Shown piece by piece: positions 38,211-51,493 of a DNA stretch of 64,000 bases (position 1 is its first letter; each line of letters opens with the position of its first letter). Below the pieces are notes generated by a model, which saw only the letters and a list, made by a program, of their open reading frames with translations, did no database searches and was not told the origin of the DNA. The position numbers and the translations under genes were made by a program. Origin of the DNA: Negaprion brevirostris (taxonomy: Eukaryota). The stretch spans positions 19,597,165-19,661,164 of the forward strand of contig JARDVH010000124.1 in NCBI GenBank assembly GCA_030324005.1, read 5' to 3'.

Positions 38211-39341
38211 AGTAATATCCGAACTATGTTAGGGACTGCGGATTTTAAAGAAAAATACATGGGCCGGGATTCTCCCAAAAAAAAACTAAGTGCCTAGCAG
38301 GCAGGAAAACAGGAGAATTTCCTGCCTGTTCTTTGGGCATAATTAGCTGATACATATCAGAGTGCCTCAGAGAGATTCACCCTGGTAAGTGAGGAGCAGG
38401 GGTCACATCCCACCCAAGAGGCCAGCAGCATAATGCTGAGCATGCCACTCCACATGCCTGATCTGTTAGTGGGGAGATCGACGCAGGCACAGTGGGCCCT
38501 CCATTGCCAGCCTCCTGATTTATTTTGCAGGCAGCACCCCCCCATGGCCAATCTGATCTCTATTTCAACCTCCAATGGCCAACCCTGACCCTACCCTCCA
38601 TGGCTAGCCCCGACCAACCTGCCCACTCCTTACCTTTCCCATCAATCCATTGCAATGTACAGTGGGTTCCCCCTCACCACCACAGATCGCCCCTCAGTAG
38701 GCCTCACCCCTCACAGTCAGCCCCACCTGATACCCCTTGGTACTGCTTGGTGGGCAGTGCCAGGGTGCCCAGTGGGCACTCCCAGGCTGGCACTGCCCAT
38801 AGGGCATGCCGCTTGTCCTAACTTCCCAGAGGGGGCCTCAGTGGCTTCTATTCCCACCAACAGCCTGGTCTCTGTTGATAGGGAACAATTGTTAACCCTA
38901 CTGATGGGAATCTCTCCCAGCGTGGGGTGACACACAAGCTGGCCTGGAGACTACCATGCTGGGCTCATTAATCACACAGAAATAGCAATTCCTATGATAA
39001 TCAGCCCTGTGCTAATTTCCAGCGCCAGACTGATTACATGGAAAAAAAGAGCCTGAGAGACTTGCGATTGGCTAGACAGCATTCACAAGTCTTGCTAAAG
39101 GTCCCCCAGTACTGTCTCCTGACCCATTGCGCTACTCGAGCAGTGCTGCGGGCTAGGAGAATGTGACCAGCGCTTTGCACATGTAGATTCAAAATAACAA
39201 TAAGTTTATTGCAGGAGCTGCTGCCTGTAGAGAATAGTAAATGAAACCAAGGCAGGGGCCTGCAAGGTACTCCAATGACATCACCATCAAATCATGTGAC
39301 TGGCTCTTAAAGCAATCATGCAACCACTTAAATATATTACA
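38211..39341 (-). mobile_element. Gypsy LTR copy split by a ~0.9 kb insertion
   Basis: 38211-38260 plus ~39172-39341 align with 43811-44027 ('aactatgttagg', 'aagtttattgcaggagctg', 'tgcaaccacttaaatatat'). Ends in ATTACA. Confidence 0.75.
38261..39170. mobile_element. Non-autonomous DNA-transposon-like insertion
   Basis: GC-rich block with imperfect inverted ends 'ggccgggattctcc' / 'ggagaatgtgacc' that interrupts the LTR alignment. Confidence 0.65.
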
Positions 39342-40487
39342 TCGCTCCACTTTGCTTTTATGGTCATGACAATAAATTACTACGATGTTGCACATTGGAT
39401 CAATAATACTCTAGAAATAGTAGTATGCTTCATTAATCATTATATACAGTCAATAAGAGATCAGATGGACACGTATTCCTCTTTGGTTATCTGTGATGTT
39501 TTGGAATTTGGCTGTCCTTGATCCTAGCAGTATGATTTAGAACTTCAATAGGTAATTCTTATTTTGGAACTAATTCTGTATCATTCACACATGGTATTGT
39601 AGCAAAGACACAATCATTAGACAACTCAGATTCGACTAAGTCTTCTGTAGTGATATTTACAACACTAAAGACTAAAGAAGTTGGCACTATAAGAGAGGAT
39701 TCAGAGAAATTGCTTTGAGATGACAACAATTAGTCAGCTTGGAGTCAAACTAATTTATCTTTGGTTTGAACTGTGTAAGATATTGGATCTGTTTTTGCTA
39801 AAACTATAGCTGGTTCTCATTTTTCACTTGTGGCATAATTATGTGTTAACACTCAATCCACTTGCTGAAATTAGTATCTTTTTGTCCTCATCTCTCATCT
39901 AGCAAGTTGAGATTGTTGTTGATGATCTACTATCGCTGAAGCTTCTGGAAATAATAACAAATCAAATGTAGTTCTCAATTTTCTCTTTAAGAGTAGCAAT
40001 GCTAGTGAAGTTTGGACAATTGCATGAGTAGCTATAAGAATCTAAAACACTATTCTCATAACGTGATAATGAATCTTGCTTTCATTAAGCTTTTAAAGAA
40101 TGTTTCAAGGATTGTATGGATCCTTCAGCCAATGCACTGTTTACTGGATGATCAGCTGCAGATTTCACATGCTGAATACCATTTATTTTAAGAGAGACCT
40201 CAAACACTTGTGAAGTAAACTATGATCTATTATCATTAACAATCTGTCCCGGTTTACCAAATCTTACAAAACCTTCATGAAGTTTTTCAATGATTTATTC
40301 AGTTGGATCTCATGATAACTTCTGGCCACTTTGAGTGTGCATCAATTATGACTAAGGACACGTAACCCTCAAACAGGCCAGCAAAATCTACGTGCAGTCA
40401 TTGCCATGGCATTTTAGGCTACTTGCAAGCATCTGCTCAATAGGTAAAGACTTTTGATCGATTACATTTTGATCGATGGCACCTTAT

Positions 40488-41000
40488 ATCATAGAATCAT
40501 ACAGCACAGAAGAGGCCTTTAGGCACATCGTATCTGCACCAACACATTAGAAATATCTAAATTCCCACCTAATCCCATCCGCTAGCTCTTGGCCCATAGC
40601 CCTGGATGTTATGATAGGCCAAGTGCTCATCCAGGTACTTTTTAAAGGATGCGAGGAAACGGCCTCTATCACCCTCCCAAGCAGTGCATTCTATACCATC
40701 ACCACTCTCTGAATAAAAATGTTTTTCCTCACATCCTCCCTAAACCTCCTGTCCCTCACCTTGAACCTATGTCGCCTCATGACTGACCCTTCAACTAAGT
40801 GGAACAGCTGCTCCTTATCCATTTGGTCCCTCACAATCTGTACACTTCAATCAGGTCATCCCCTAGTCTTCTCCTTCCAATGAAAATAACCCAAGCCTAC
40901 CCAACCTCTCTCCATAACTTTTAATGTTCCATCCCAGGTAGCATCCTGATGAATGGCCTCTGCATTCTCTCCAGTGCAGTGCAATCACATCCTTGTGATA
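40488..41000 (-). mobile_element. CR1 LINE 3' part
   Basis: Tail 'atcatagaatcatacagcacagaagaggcc'; ORF remnant SYGERLGRLGLFSLE. Confidence 0.9.
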
Positions 41001-41311
41001 GGAGTGTGCAGATAAGATCAGTAACCATCTTTGCAATTGACTCGCAGCTAACAAAGATATGCCTTTATATATTCCAAAAATAGTTACGAGTCAATGATCA
41101 ATCAATAATGTGAAATGACAACCATACAAATAATGATGAAAGCTTTATACACCAAATATTATACTCAACGCTTTTCTAGCAGATCTTAGTTAGATTCAGC
41201 ATTAATCAGAGTACGCAAAGCAAAGGTTATTGATCATTCTTCTCCCGATAGCATAAAATGTGAAACTACTGCCCCGGCTCCACAAGGTGAAGCGTTGCAA
41301 GCCAGCTATTA

Positions 41312-41432
41312 AAGAAAGAAAAAACAGAAAATTCTGGAAAATCTCAACAGGTCTGACAGCATCTGAGATTTTCCAGCGTTTTCAGTTTTTTGCTTCAGAT
41401 TTCAAGATCCACAGTGTCTTGCTTTTATTTCA
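41312..41432. mobile_element. Short inverted Penelope-like termini (second family)
   Basis: 'ctggaaaatctca' / 'tgagattttccag' inverted repeat, same family as 22553 and 30680. Confidence 0.55.
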
Positions 41433-42413
41433 ATTAAAGGTAGTTCTGGATTAAAATGAACCAATACTTAAGAATTCTGCAAAGCATCTTTGGCAACCTT
41501 GCATGCTTTCTCACATTCTGTTGACCAATCTCATGACTGTTTCACACAGAGAAAATTATGCAATGGTTTCAATTATGTAATGATTCACCATAATAATTTA
41601 CTAATCCTACATGGGACCTCAATTGCGTCATATTCTTTAAATGTGGCGCTTTTAAAACAGCTTCCATCTTTTTAGGTGCTNNNNNNNNNNNNNNNNNNNN
41701 NNNNNNNNNNNNNNNNNNNNNNNNNNNNNNNNNNNNNNNNNNNNNNNNNNNNNNNNNNNNNNNNNNNNNNNNNNNNNNNNNNNNNNNNNNNNNNNNNNNN
41801 NNNNNNNNNNNNNNNNNNNNNNNNNNNNNNNNNNNNNNNNNNNNNNNNNNNNNNNNNNNNNNNNNNNNNNNNNNNNNNNNNNNNNNNNNNNNNNNNNNNN
41901 NNNNNNNNNNNNNNNNNNNNNNNNNNNNNNNNNNNNNNNNNNNNNNNNNNNNNNNNNNNNNNNNNNNNNNNNNNNNNNNNNNNNNNNNNNNNNNNNNNNN
42001 NNNNNNNNNNNNNNNNNNNNNNNNNNNNNNNNNNNNNNNNNNNNNNNNNNNNNNNNNNNNNNNNNNNNNNNNNNNNNNNNNNNNNNNNNNNNNNNNNNNN
42101 NNNNNNNNNNNNNNNNNNNNNNNNNNNNNNNNNNNNNNNNNNNNNNNNNNNNNNNNNNNNNNNNNNNNNNNNNNNNNNNNNNNNNNNNNNNNNNNNNNNN
42201 NNNNNNNNNNNNNNNNNNNNNNNNNNNNNNNNNNNNNNNNNNNNNNNNNNNNNNNNNNNNNNNNNNNNNNNNNNNNNNNNNNNNNNNNNNNNNNNNNNNN
42301 NNNNNNNNNNNNNNNNNNNNNNNNNNNNNNNNNNNNNNNNNNNNNNNNNNNNNNNNNNNNNNNNNNNNNNNNNNNNNNNNNNNNNNNNNNNNNNNNNNNN
42401 NNNNNNNNNNNNN

Positions 42414-43810
42414 AATGTTGCTTCTAAAGTACTCCTGTTCGGTGGACTCTGTAATTAGAGTATCATCCAGGTAACAATGCACACCAGAGAGACCACTTAA
42501 AATCTGATCCATCAATCTTTGGAATAGGGCTGGTGCTGACATTAAATCCAAAAGACAATCTTTATAACAAAAAAGACTTTTATGAGAAACAATGGTAAGC
42601 AGTGGTTGAGATTCAGCTGCTACGTTCATCTGTAAAGATGCTTGTGAAAGATCAATCTTGCTGAATTTCTGCTCACCTGATAACCCAGCAAACAAATGTT
42701 CAATTCAAGGAAGTGGATATTGATCAGCACACAACACCAGATTATGGTTATATTAAAATCACCACAAATACAAACTGAACCATTTGGTTTAAGGTCAGGT
42801 ATGATAGGGGTAGCCCAGTCACTCATTATAACTGGCTCCAACATACCAGTATTAACAAGTCATATTAATTCTTCATTGAACGTGGGGCAAATTGCATATG
42901 GCACCATTCTTGCTTTGAGACCTTTTAGTTGACTATTTGGCTTCATCTTGAGTTTTACTTGAATTCCCTTCATTGAACCAAGTGTCTCTTATACACCGTC
43001 TTGTGTTTATCTATTAGATGCTGTAGGTCTGTTTTGACATTGACAAATATGTTGACAGCACTCCAGTTAAGCTTAATCTTCTCCAACCATAACCTCCCAA
43101 ATAGTGCTAGAAAATTACTACAAATCACATGGAGAGGCAACTATGCTGTTTGTCCACTCAACTCTATGTTGACCATGATGCAACTATTTAACAAAACAAT
43201 TTTTTCTGTATAGATCCTTAAAATCATGTCTACTGGTTTTAAAGGAAGATGCTTCAACTTTTGTTGGTATTGTGATGTCAGGAATCAAAGATACAGCAGC
43301 ACCAGTACCAACCTCCATCTTAATAGACTGTCTCTCAACTTCAGAATCACCCAGAATCTATGCGATTCACCTTGTATGGAAAAGAGTTGGAGTTCACATT
43401 TCTGGACATTCTCCTCTTCACAATGATAATTATTTTCTTCNNNNNNNNNNNNNNNNNNNNNNNNNNNNNNNNNNNNNNNNNNNNNNNNNNNNNNNNNNNN
43501 NNNNNNNNNNNNNNNNNNNNNNNNNNNNNNNNNNNNNNNNNNNNNNNNNNNNNNNNNNNNNNNNNNNNNNNNNNNNNNNNNNNNNNNNNNNNNNNNNNNN
43601 NNNNNNNNNNNNNNNNNNNNNNNNNNNNNNNNNNNNNNNNNNNNNNNNNNNNNNNNNNNNNNNNNNNNNNNNNCTGTTGTTGACCTTCCTTTGGTCTTCT
43701 AATATTCAAAGTGTGAGGATCCACAATGTTTTTTTTCTTTTGTAACTTAGAAACTTTTCTCGATGTTCTGAACAAAACCAAATCCTATCTTCATTGCCAA
43801 TTTACTTTTT
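42414..43810 (-). mobile_element. Ty3/Gypsy internal region: decayed protease and reverse transcriptase
   Basis: SDWATPIIPDLKPNGSVCICGDF, FSKIDLSQASLQ, SAPALFQRLMDQILSGLSGVHCYLDDTLIT (YLDD at 42462-42473); protease-like MEVGTGAAVSLIP at ~43280-43318; frameshifted. Confidence 0.92.
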
Positions 43811-44027
43811 TGTAATGTCCTAACTATGTTAGGAGATGTGGGTTTTAAAAAAGATATGTTTGCACATGTAGGTTTAAAATAACAACAAGTTTATTGCAGG
43901 AGCTGTTGCCTGTACAGAGTAGAAAATGAAACTAAGGAAGCAACCAGTGAAACATCTCAATGACATCACAATCAAATCGTGTGACTTGCTCTCAAAGCAA
44001 TCTTGCAACCACTTAAATATATAATCA
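43811..44027 (-). mobile_element. Gypsy 5' LTR
   Basis: Begins TGTAAT on the plus strand. On the minus strand it is followed by 'tggcaatgaagat', a CpG-decayed version of the TGGCGACGAGGAT primer-binding site; AATAAA on the minus strand at ~43890. Confidence 0.75.
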
Positions 44028-44039
44028 TTGCGTTTTTTT

Positions 44040-44250
44040 TTTCAGGTTTCAGCTATTCTTCTTGTGGGAAAATTGTTTCCTGATTTTGAACCTAAATAGC
44101 CTAGTTCTAATTTTAAGGTTTCCCAACAAAGAAAATAACTTCTCTAGATCTACTTTGTCAAATCAATTTAGAATTTTAAACACCTTGATTAGATCACCCC
44201 TCAATCTTCTACAAGCCCGATGAGTGCAACTTGTTCTCAAAATGTACTGC
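44040..44250 (-). mobile_element. Old CR1 fragment
   Basis: 'ttttaaacaccttgattagatcacccctcaatcttct' (reversed RLRGDLIKVFK). Confidence 0.7.
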
Positions 44251-45589
44251 TCTTAAATTCCTTCTTCTCATTCAGGATAGGAAAAAATGGCGATAATGTA
44301 ACTAATTAATTTCACTCCTTTACTGGATGGTATTTAATTGTTGATCATCAACAGTTGCATAATGTACATTCCATCCATCTTAAGTCATGATGTGCACTAC
44401 AAAAACAGACTGCAGTCTACATTCAGCCAAGGTATAGGGCTGTTAAGGCCATGTAATTTAAAAATGACGATTGCCAAAATCCAAACATTTACGGCAACAT
44501 TTTCAAGACACTTCACCAATGTATGCTCTGAAAATACACCCATATTAAAAACAGTCACATCTGAAGTCAATATTTCAGATACTAAGGTCAGAGATAGGGC
44601 AGAAAATCATTATGTTATTAATTCTTAAATGATTTCATGTTTCACAAAGCCTAGTATTGAAAATTATCAGATGCCCTTGGGTTATCATTTAATACAATTT
44701 TTGGAAGTATCTTTCATTACGCCAAAAGTTATCCTGCTGCATCATAAAAACTTTCTGGAGGCTGGTGATTTATAGCTCACTTGCTTTTCCATTCACCTAC
44801 AATAAAACACCAACATTTTTTGGCAGATTTTTAAATAGTTTTGATTTGTTGAAAAATTGATCAGGGTGGATCACATGAAGACAGTCTGTGCAGTTGAATT
44901 TTTTTTTAAAACAGGTTGAACTTGTCATCTCCTGACTGGCAAAAGTATTTCTGAAGCTTTGAATTGCATCACCACATAAATATGATCTTACTGGAAGGAG
45001 TTAAAGTTTATTTATTAGTCACAAGTACGCTTACATTAACACTGCAATGAAGTTACTGTGAAAATCCCCTAGATGTCATACTCCTGCACCTGTTTGGGGA
45101 ACACTGAGGGAGAATTTNNNNNNNNNNNNNNNNNNNNNNNNNNNNNNNNNNNNNNNNNNNNNNNNNNNNNNNNNNNNNNNNNNNNNNNNNNNNNNNNNNN
45201 NNNNNNNNNNNNNNNNNNNNNNNNNNNNNNNNNNNNNNNNNNNNNNNNNNNNNNNNNNNNNNNNNNNNNNNNNNNNNNNNNNNNNNNNNNNNNNNNNNNN
45301 NNNNNNNNNNNNNNNNNNNNNNNNNNNNNNNNNNNNNNNNNNNNNNNNNNNNNNNNNNNNNNNNNNNNNNNNNNNNNNNNNNNNNNNNNNNNCCATGAGT
45401 ACTGCCCAAATCAACACATACACCATCTCCTAACTGCACCATCTCCTGGGAAAAGGAAAAGAATATTATATCCAAATCAGGCAAAAAAATTATACCAGTT
45501 TTATCAAGTGCTGTGAGATTCCAGGAGATCCAGAAAGTCCAGTTTGAATGTATTACCAATTTGCAGAACTAAAATCATCACCTCAGACT

Positions 45590-46360
45590 AGAAAAGATGT
45601 TAATCTTGTTGTCACAAATATCTACATGGTTGGACCAGTTAAGTTTCTGTTCAATAATCCGAAGAACGTTGTTAGTGAGGAGTTCAATGATGATGATGAT
45701 GCTACGGGAAGGTGGTTAGGCTTCCTTGTTGGAGATGATCATAGCCTGACACTTGTGTCGCACAAATGTTAGTTGCCATTATTAGTTCAAGTGTGAATGC
45801 TGTCCAAACCTTGCTGCTAAAGGGAATGGACTATTTCATTATTTGACAAATTGTAAATGAAACTGAACATTGATGAAGGGAGATCAATTGAAGCAACTGA
45901 AGATGGCTGGTGCCCAGTACACTGTCCTGAAGAATTCATTCAGTCACGACCTGTGCCTGAGATGATTCTCAGCAACACAATCATTTTCCTTTCTGCTTGG
46001 TATGACTCCAGCCAGTGGTGAATTTTCNNNNNNNNNNNNNNNNNNNNNNNNNNNNNNNNNNNNNNNNNNNNNNNNNNNNNNNNNNNNNNNNNNNNNNNNN
46101 NNNNNNNNNNNNNNNNNNNNNNNNNNNTCAGTCACGACCTGTGCCTGAGATGATTCTCAGCAACACAATAATTTTCCTTTCTGCTTGGTATGACTCCAGC
46201 CAGTGGTGAATTTTCTCCATGATTCCCACTGATGCCGTTTTATTAGATTTCCTTGATGCCACATTCAGTCAGCTGCTGCCTTGATGTGGAAAGCAGTCAC
46301 TCTCATCTCACGTTCGGATCTCAATTGTTCTGTCCATGTTCAGACCAAAGCTGAGATGAG
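45590..46360 (-). mobile_element. CR1/L2-superfamily LINE RT fragment
   Basis: Collinear with the 31760-32100 and 36100-36530 copies. Confidence 0.75.
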
Positions 46361-47250
46361 GGGCAGAATGAGCTGAGAATCCAGCTGCGTGGTTTGGGGT
46401 GATTCAGTATGCAATTCAACCACACTTAGAAATTCTTCTGGAGTCTGGGGAAATTATCACTGAATTTCCCACACTTAGAATTTTTTTGGAGGGCCTAAGG
46501 ATGCTAGCAAAACTGGCTCCTCAAAGTTAAGATGAAGATCCCCCTCCAACCCTCTGGCTCCCCCACAGATATTGTGAATTCCACAGACAAAGGGTATACT
46601 CCCAACCCCTGACCCTGGAGGGGCAACCTCCTCTACTTCACTAAATATCCAGGTCAGCCCACAGAACACCGCACATGAGGAGGACCTGTCATATCCCCAT
46701 CCATCCTCACTGGCATCAGGCCCAATCATCTCCCCTCTCCCTGACCGGTGCACGAATATAGGGTCGTCTCAGACCATACCCCTTTATGCATGAACTTTGG
46801 GTCCCACCTCTTGCTCGTGCTACCTGGAAGTTTCAACCTGGCATTGTCAATCTAGTAGGGGTCAGGGCTCAATGAATGTCCAGCCATGTCCCTAATCACC
46901 AGGGTCTTCAATAGTCTCTCAGCTCTCCCAGCATGGCCATCACAACCGCTGTTCCGTTTGTAGAGACCAGGAGTGATGTGTGCCGGCTTCCTGCTGTGCC
47001 CGAGATTGGTGAATTGCAGCAGCTGGGAGAACTGGCTCAAAACCAACCCCAATTGTTTAAGCGACTATTTAAATATGCTCATCTGGTTTATGCTCGCTGG
47101 GTGTGAACTAGATTACGTCAGGGCACCGGGGCTGGGAAAATCCCAAAGGGATTTCCTGGTGTTAAAAGTGCTATGGCTCCTCCACCACGATTCCCCAGCC
47201 CCAGTGTGATCCGTGCATGAGCCCAAGGGCCAGAGAATTGAGGCTCAAAT
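46360..47250. mobile_element. GC-rich interspersed element, unclassified
   Basis: Compositional block interrupting the LINE, whose sequence resumes at 'ccagagccaagtggtcctggcagaa' (~47251). Confidence 0.45.
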
Positions 47251-48229
47251 CCAGAGCCAAGTGGTCCTGGCAGAAATGCACTTTCCTGCGATTAATATAT
47301 TTTGAAAAAAGTGCTACTTCTGACAAAAATAATTTTAAAAAATATTATTAAAACCACAGCAAACCTGTAATTAAATAAAATTGTGTGAAATCTATGCTTT
47401 CCTTAAAAACCATAAATTTTTGAAACCAATTCTAATTGTCTAATAGTTGTCACCTATATTGCCCTTTACACTAATGGGTGAAAATCCCTCAGCAATCCTA
47501 CCACTAAATTCTGTGATAAAGTATTGTCATCCATTAATAAACTCAATACAAGCCAATTATTTTATTTTGCCCACAGGAAAACAATACAAACTAGATAAAA
47601 CCTGACATAGCACAGTTATAATAGCACAGTACTAATATGGGATTGTATGGTAATTGTAAAAAGACAATGTAGGATTAAGATGCAGTCACAAGATTAATGT
47701 TGTTGCAATCACTGGTGCATAAAATATAAAATAACTATATAACAATGAATCACCTTTTTTACTCCAATTGTGACCATTTGGCTAATGTAGTATTTGGGAC
47801 CTCCATTACGTTACTTGTACAACATTGCCTGATGTGTTACCAGTCAGTACTTTTAATATAAATTTCCACATCATATAATTATATTTTCTGAACTGAAAAA
47901 AGTCCTTTTGTTTCAAGCAGAAAGACAAGTTTATTAAAATATTCCATCTTCTAATATCCATTTAATCCCCATTCATCAAGTGGATCCTGTCTGTAGACTT
48001 TGATAATGCTGATAGGGTTTCAAGATTGAGCTGTGAGGAAGCACACTTGAGAGATCCAATGAGACATCCCATTCTGGCAAATACTCCTTTCATCAGTAGA
48101 TGATAAAATGGAGAATAACAACACAAAATGGTGAAGAGGAAGCATGGGCCACACTCATTATACTCTAAATCAGGAATGTTCTCATTGTGCCTGAGCAGAG
48201 TCTCACCCCCCTTTAAATGATGCATTAAC

Positions 48230-49640
48230 ACCATCCCCCTTACAGTAATACTTCCAAGTTTTGCATCATTCTCACATTTTGAATTTGTGCCTTGTACACT
48301 AAAGTCTAGGTCATCAACATGTATCAGGAAGAACAAGAGTCCTAATATTAGCCCCTCAGGAATGTCACAAAATCTTCAGCCAGTCTGAAGAGCAGGTGAA
48401 TACAATAGTTAAGAAGATGTATGGGATACTTGCTTTTATCAGTTATAGTGAAGAGTATAAGTGAAAGGAGGTAATGTTGGAGTACAGAGCATGATTAGGT
48501 CACAGTTCTGGTGGATGTGATAGTACTAGGGGGGTACAGAGTAGGTTGGACATGTTGCCTGGGATGGAGCACTTGAGCTATAAGGAGATACTGAATAGGC
48601 TTGGATTGTTTTCTGGAAAGCAGAAAAGGCTGTATAAGTTTATGAGGGCTATGGATTGGGTGAGTAGGGAGTAGCTGTTCCCCTTGGTTGAGGGGTCAAT
48701 CACAAGGGGGCATAATGTTAAGGCAATGGGTAGGTGATTCAGGGGCCATTTGAGAAAAATATTTTTCACCCAGAGCGGTGGGGATCTGGAATGCACTGTC
48801 TGGGAAGGTGGTGGAGACCAGAAACCTTACAACATTGAAGAAATATTTGGATGAGCACTTGAAATATCGTAACATTCAGGGATATGGGACAAGTGCAAGA
48901 AAATAGGATTAGTGGGTCTTCAATGGTAGATATTGTTGGTGTAGATTTGATGGACCGAAGTGCAGCAGGCGACGATACAGAGGGACCTCGGGGTCCTTGA
49001 GCATGAGTCGCAAAAACCCAGCCTGCAGGTGCAGCAGGTGGTCAGGAAGGCTAATGGGATGCTGGCCTTCATAGCGNNNNNNNNNNNNNNNNNNNNNNNN
49101 NNNNNNNNNNNNNNNNNNNNNNNNNNNNNNNNNNNNNNNNNNNNNNNNNNNNNNNNNNNNNNNNNNNNNNNNNNNNATTGAATGGCGGGGCAGGCTCGAA
49201 GGGCTAGATGGCCTACTCCTGCTCCCATTTCTTATGTTCTTATGTTCTTTTCTGTGTTGTATGACTCTACGGCCAGAATTTTACCACCCCACCTGCTACA
49301 AAAATTGGAGCAGGCAAGGGATGGACAATGAGAAGGTCCGTTGACCTTGGGCAGGATTTTACGGTTTAGAGACAAGTGAGGCCATTAAATCCCACCCAAT
49401 GACTCAGAGCGTGAAAACAAACATTCGTCTTTACTTTTCTTGTCACTCAACCAATTTTGTACACATGTTGCTACTGTCTCTTTTATTTCATGAGCTCTAA
49501 CTTTGCTCATAAGTTTGTGTGGCATTTTATTGAATGCCTTTTGATAGCACAACATCAACTGAATTACCTTCATCTATCCTCTGTTCCCTTATCAAAAATT
49601 GAAGCAAATTAGTTGAACACTATTTGCAGCTTAACAAAGC
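48230..49640. mobile_element. Nested CR1 cluster
   Basis: Old minus-strand RT pieces (48230-48375 with HVDDLD...DAKLG, and 49400-49640 with YQKAFNKMPH); plus-strand CR1 48380-48960 whose tail resumes at ~49248-49269; a younger plus CR1 at 48961-49247 (QRDLGVLEHESQKPSLQVQQVVRKANGMLAFIA). Confidence 0.85.
49271..49396. mobile_element. ~125 bp MITE-like element
   Basis: Starts 'ggccagaatttta', ends 'taaatcccacc'. Same family as 56247-56371. Confidence 0.65.
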
Positions 49641-50959
49641 CTTGCAAAAAATTATTTTGAAGGGCTTCCAGAGATCTTTAGTTTCTTACAACGCAGAAAC
49701 AGTTTCCATTTGTTAATCCAATGAAAAGGTGCATAAAGTTCTCTCTGATATTCATCAGGTAAATGCACCACTGAGGTGTCAGGAATCACAGTTTTGGGTG
49801 CGTCTTTATGCTGAATTAACTAACCCAATCTGGGTTGTGGAACAGGTACTGCAATTAGCAGTAGGAATCCTGAATTGTCAGCTGGTGACACCATCCAAAA
49901 GCACAGGATCAGATTTCACATGTTGCTGACATCATTTAACTTTTCCTCTCCAGCCACTTCTTGATTTACAGATTTTATTTCAATTGCCAGTGATTTCCTT
50001 GGTCGTACTCTCTTTTGTGGCTCTTCAGCAACACACTCAGTTCCTTTCATCACAGCTTTCATGACATTAACTGGGAGGTTTACAGGAAACAGAACATGCC
50101 ACATTGCTATCTGCTAACATTATTGCTATTATGTTTGCATAATTACACACATGTCTGGCTTTTACCAGGTGAAGCTTAATCTTATTTTTGTGATAAACTG
50201 AATTTCCATTTAGAGGCACCTCTGAGACATTTACAGATGTCACAAAGACAAATTGGAAATGTGTAATTAAATTTAACATTTCTGATGGTGTCTTTTAAAT
50301 GTCTGAAGTGCATTTCCATATGTCTAAATGGCAATCAAAGAGATCTTGAGACAAGTATCACTTCTTGCTTATTTTCATTAATCTTGGGTGGGGGGGAGGA
50401 TAATACCTGATTTTGATTTGATTGTACTTGATTATATGAATTTCACAGATTGTTGGCTCATTAATAAAACATTTATTGCTTTAGGAACAAATTTCTGCAG
50501 TGCAGCCACAGTGATATTATCTCATTCAAAAGGTGCTGCAAGAAGAGGTACTGATAATCCACTGACAGCATGAACATTTTATTGCTCATGCTAGATTTCT
50601 TTATGAGCAAGTAGATATAATTTAGAACAATTAGCAGATATATTTCTGTAAAAGGATAAGGCACTGTGAACATGAAAAGCTAATTTTGTCCATCCAATTT
50701 CTTCATATATAAATCAGTGTTGAAATCCCCACAGCTAAGAAGCTTCCTCTTTCTCCTACCTTGGCTTTGCCAATATCCATCTGCTCCCTGTTGGACAAGG
50801 AATTTGTTTACTGTTGCGGTGCTTCAGCTGTGTCAGCATTCATGGTCTTGATTTATTCCACAATGAATGTCTTGGACAGTAAGGCAGCATAATAATAAGA
50901 CATTCTCTCTTGCTCTATGGTATCATGAAAGAACATTTTCATACTAACTCTATCTTGTT

Positions 50960-51335
50960 TAGGATCACATGGTTGTCCAAGAATTGAGGAAAGTATGAAG
51001 GAGATTTAGAACGATACTAAGATGAAAGGCTTCAGTTTTGTGGAGAAATTAAGAATGCTGGGATTGTTCTTCTGAGAGCAGAGAGAGTCCAGAGGAGATT
51101 TAATGGAGACGTCCAAAACATGGTAGGTTTTGATAGAGTAAATAAGGAGAAATAATTTCTTCTGAAAGAACGCATCGATAATCAGAGGAAAAAGTATTTG
51201 GCAGAAGACCCATGTAGAGTGAGATGAGGAGACTTTTTCATGTATCAAGTTATAACGATCTGAATACACTGTCTTAAAGAGTAGTGGATGTAGATCCAAC
51301 AGTAACTTTCAAAAGAGAATTGGATAAACTGGATG
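50960..51335 (+). mobile_element. Old CR1 3' fragment
   Basis: 'gctgggattgttcttctgagagcagagagagtccagaggagatttaatggagacg' (LGLFS.EQR..RGDL.E). Confidence 0.8.
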
Positions 51336-51493
51336 AAATAGACCTCTGTTTCCTTCTTGAAATGTCTGCAGTCTTTAGCATGATTGACCATGGTTGTCCA
51401 GCTAGATGGGACTGCACTCACTCGGTTTCTATTCTTATTTGCATAATGGTATTAAAATTATCTTCGATGGCTCCTCCTCCCACTTTGGCGCAG

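Noticed and set aside
41652-42458. Long ORFs of 260-347 aa and similar X-rich ORFs elsewhere
   Set aside because: Length comes from N runs; only the Gypsy RT part is real.
45940-46215. Near-identical ~88-bp direct repeat on both sides of a 100-N gap
   Set aside because: Typical unmerged contig overlap within a LINE, so most likely an assembly artefact.
49916-50104. Minus ORF VNVMKAVMKGTECVAEEPQKRVRPRKSLAIEIKS with a pyrimidine-rich acceptor
   Set aside because: Weak donor and no recognisable homology; insufficient support.
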